Shown: positions 60,835-64,000 of the stretch, piece by piece
How positions within the stretch are numbered: position 1 is the first letter of the stretch
How the letters are laid out: each line of letters starts with the position of its first letter
From: Dipteris shenzhenensis
Taxonomy: Eukaryota
NCBI GenBank assembly: GCA_047967505.1
Contig: CM106538.1
Reading direction: 5' to 3' (one strand)
Length of the DNA stretch: 64,000 bases
Translations under genes and position numbers: made by a program
Notes under the pieces: model-generated
What the model was told of the DNA's origin: nothing
Database searches by the model: none
Seen by the model: the letters and a program-made list of their open reading frames with translations, nothing else

Positions 60835-62339
60835 CTTTCTGTCCCTCTTTTCTTTTCTCTCTTAATCTCCTGCTCTCTCTCTCTCTCACTCTCTCTCTGT
60901 CTCCTCTCTCTCTCTAGCTCTCTCTTTCTCTCTATGTCTCTTTTCAAATTTAGAACACAAATTTCAATAAGAAATGAATTGAAATAGAACTCAAAAACTT
61001 TAACAAGAAACTAATTGAAAAAGAATTGTAAGTAAAGAAAAAGAATTACAAGACGAATTGTAGAATTGCGAGTAAAGAAAAAGAATCGCAAGTACCTAGA
61101 AAAAGTGAAAAAAGTAAGGCTCCGCTTATCCTTTCTCTTCCGCTCTTGGTTGCTTCCATGAAATGAGGAGAGAATGAGAATGAATGAATGGAAAGAAGAG
61201 TATATATAAGAAAAACTAGCCCACTCCTCCCACTCACGAATAAATTTGAATTTTTAAAAAAGAGAGGGAAATTTGAATTCATTCTTCTAGATAAATTTGA
61301 ATTCAAATTTATGTTCAACATTCTTCTTGATACTTTCTTCTCGTACGTCCCTCTTCATTCTTCTCGTAAGTCAAATCTTATTTGTCACTCTTGCTCGTGA
61401 TTGTTCTACTCTTAGTTGTAAGAATTCGACCTCTCTCCCTCTACTCCTCTCCTCTTCTCTATGTAGTGGGCTCTCTCTCTCTCTCAAATGGAGCGCCCTC
61501 TCTATGGATGGAGCTCCCTCTCTTAGTTGCATATCTCTCGCTCTCTAGTCGCATACCTTCCCAACCTTCCTCTAGTCGTGTACCTTCCTCTCTCCCTCAA
61601 GTCTTCTCATCTCTCCTCTCTCTCCTAGTCGCTTACCTTACCCTCTCCCTAAAGTCTTCTCACCTCTCTTCTCTCTCTACTAGTGTTTCCCTCTCCATCA
61701 CGTCTTCTCACCCCTCTCCCTCCCTCACTCCTCTCCCTCCCTTACTCCTCTAACTCTCCTCTCATCCTTGGGGGCCGCGGCCCCCAGGAGTCCTCTCTCT
61801 CTCTCTTCCTTCTCTCTCTCTCCTCCCCTCCCCCCCCCTCTCTCTCTCTCTCTCGCTCCCTCCCCTCCCTCCCCTCACTCCTCTCTCTCTCTCCCCTCCC
61901 TTTTCCTCACTCCTCTCACCCTGGGGCCGTGGCCGCTAGGACCCTCCTCTATCTCTCTCTCCCTCCCGTCCCTCTCTCACTCCTCTCACCCTCCTCTCTC
62001 TCTCTCTCCCTCCCCTCCCTTTTCCTCACTCCTCTCACCCTGGGATTGTGGCCGCCAAGACCCCCCGTCTCTCTCTCTCCCTCCCCTCCCTCTCCTCACT
62101 CCTCTCACCCTCCTCTCTCTCTCCCTCCCCTCCCTCTCACCCTGGGGGCCGCGGCTGCCAGGACCCCCCCCCTCTCTCTCTCTCTCCCCTCCCTACCCTC
62201 CCTCTCACTTGGGGGCCATGGTCACCAAGACCCCCCCCCCCTCTCTCTCTCTCTCTCTTTCGCTCCTTCCCCTCCCTCCTCTCTCTCTCTCCCTCCCCTC
62301 CCTCCCCTCCCTCCCACCCTGGGAGCCGCGGCTGCCAGG

Positions 62340-62411
<72 letters not shown>

Positions 62412-62499
62412 CCCTCCCCTCCCTCCTCTCTCTCTCCCTCGCCTCCCTGCCCTCCCTCTCACCCTGGGGGTCGCGGCCGCCAGGACCCCCTCTCTCTCT

Positions 62500-62535
<36 letters not shown>

Positions 62536-62991
62536 CCTCCCCTCCCTCTTCTCTCTCTCTCCCTCCCCTCCCTCCCCTCTCTTTCTCCCCTCCCTCCCCT
62601 CCCTCTCACCCTGGTGGCCGTGGCCGCCAAGACCCCCCCTCTCTCTCTCTCGCACTCCCTCCCCTCCCTCCTCTTTCTCTACCTCCCCTCCCTCCCCTCC
62701 CTCTCACCCTGGCGGCTGTGGCCGCCAGGATCCCCCCCCCTCTCTCTCTCTCCCTCCCCTCCCTCCTCTCTCTCTCCCTTCTCTCTCTCTCACCCTGGTG
62801 GCCGTGGCCGCCAGGACCCCCCCTCTCTCTCTCTCACTCTCTCTCTCCCTCCCCTCCTCCTCTCTCTGTCACCCTGGCGGTCGTGGCCGCCAGGACCCCC
62901 CCTCTCTCTCTCTCGCTCTCTCTCTCCCTCCCCTCCCTCCTCTCTCTCTCCCTCCCCTTCCTCTCACCCTAGGGGTCGTGCTTGCCAGGAA

Positions 62992-63042
<51 letters not shown>

Positions 63043-64000
63043 CCCTCCCTGGGGGCCACGACTGCCACGACCCCCTCTCTCTCTTTGGTGCTCTCTCTCC
63101 ACTCCTCCCGCTGCCCCCTCCCCCTACCCCCGCTCCCCCCTACCCCATCGCCCCCTACCCTGCCTCCCCCGCCTCCCACCTCCCCCTACCCCGCCGCCCC
63201 CTACCCTCGCTCCCTCCCCTTCCTCCTCTCTCTCTCTCCCTCCCCTCCCTCCCCTCCCTCTCGCCTCCCCCTAACCCCACTCCCTCCCCTCCCTCCTCTC
63301 TCTCTCTCTCTCTCTCCCTCCCCTCCCTCTCGCCTCCCCCTACCCCCGCTCCCTCCCCTCCCTCCTCTCTCTCTCTCCATCCCCTCCCTCCCCTCCCTCT
63401 CACCTTGGTGACTGCGGTCGCCAGGACCCCCTACCCCGCCTCCCCCCCTCCCGCCTCTCGCCTCCCCCTACCCTGCCTCCCCCCTCCCGCCTCCTGCCTC
63501 CCCCTACCCTGTCGCCCCTGCTCCCCCCTCCTGCCTCCCCCTACCCCTGCTCCCTACCCTGCCTCCCCCCTCCCGCCTCCTCCTACCCCCGCTCCCTACC
63601 CCACCGCCCCCTACCTTGCCTCCCTCCCCTCCCTACCCCCGCTCCCCCCTCTCGCCTCCCCCTACCCCACCACCCCCTACCCGCTCCTCCCTCCTGCCTC
63701 CCTACCCTGCCGCCCCCCCTGCCGCCTCCCCCTACCTCCTCTCCCTACCCCGCCTCCCCCCCTCCCTACCCCCGCTCCCCCCTCCCTACCCCTGCTCCCC
63801 CTCCCTCTTATGCCACTCTCTCCCTGCTCCCTCCCTCTTCCTCCCTCCCTGCCCTCTTCCGTCGCTCCTCCCTCCCTCCTTTCCTCCCTCTCTCTCCCCC
63901 CTCCACTTCCCTCTTCCTCCTTCCTCTCTCTCCCCCCTCCACTCCCCCCTCCACTTCCCTCTTCCTCCTCCCTCTCTCTCCCCCCTCCACTTCCCTCTTC
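60230..64000. repeat. CT-rich low-complexity tract with periodic GC-rich spacer motif and C-rich CCCCTACCCC repeats
   Basis: (CT)n/(CCCT)n blocks punctuated by CACCCTGG(G/T)GGCCG(C/T)GGCCGCCAGGACCCC variants at 61765-63430; CCCCTACCCC(G)C repeats at 63110-63800; 61030-61700 is AT-richer unique sequence. Confidence 0.9.

Noticed and set aside
61683-63411. Long ORFs of 408-547 aa rich in S/L/P
   Set aside because: Artefact of CT low-complexity sequence, which cannot encode stop codons; all three frames are open.

Overview
Eukaryotic, TE-dense plant nuclear DNA. Very long TE-filled introns and the TE repertoire suggest a large-genome non-seed vascular plant such as a fern; this is inference, not shown by the sequence. 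The only clear host gene is the 3' end of an NPG1/NPGR-family TPR gene: two exons (12496-12643, 27589-27908) separated by a 14.9-kb intron that holds LINE copies and a very young full-length Copia. The rest of the window is nested retroelements (three APE-RT LINE copies, three Copia, two to three Ty3/Gypsy remnants), a Sola-like DDD transposase remnant, two satellites and a CT-rich tract. One satellite has ~182-bp monomers in a ~546-bp trimeric unit; the other is built from an LTR-end/PBS segment. The most interesting structure is a 12.2-kb Mutator-like DNA transposon (33169-45336; 54-bp TIRs, perfect 9-bp TSD AGGCAAAAA) inserted in the first satellite. It carries a GCM/WRKY-like + DDE + SWIM transposase on the + strand. 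On the - strand it carries a three-exon, GT-AG-spliced reading frame with the motif order of a prokaryotic-type beta-class N4-cytosine/N6-adenine DNA methyltransferase. It also holds an LRR-receptor fragment and a perfect 83-bp-arm hairpin. All family calls are from motif recognition by eye; no searches were run.
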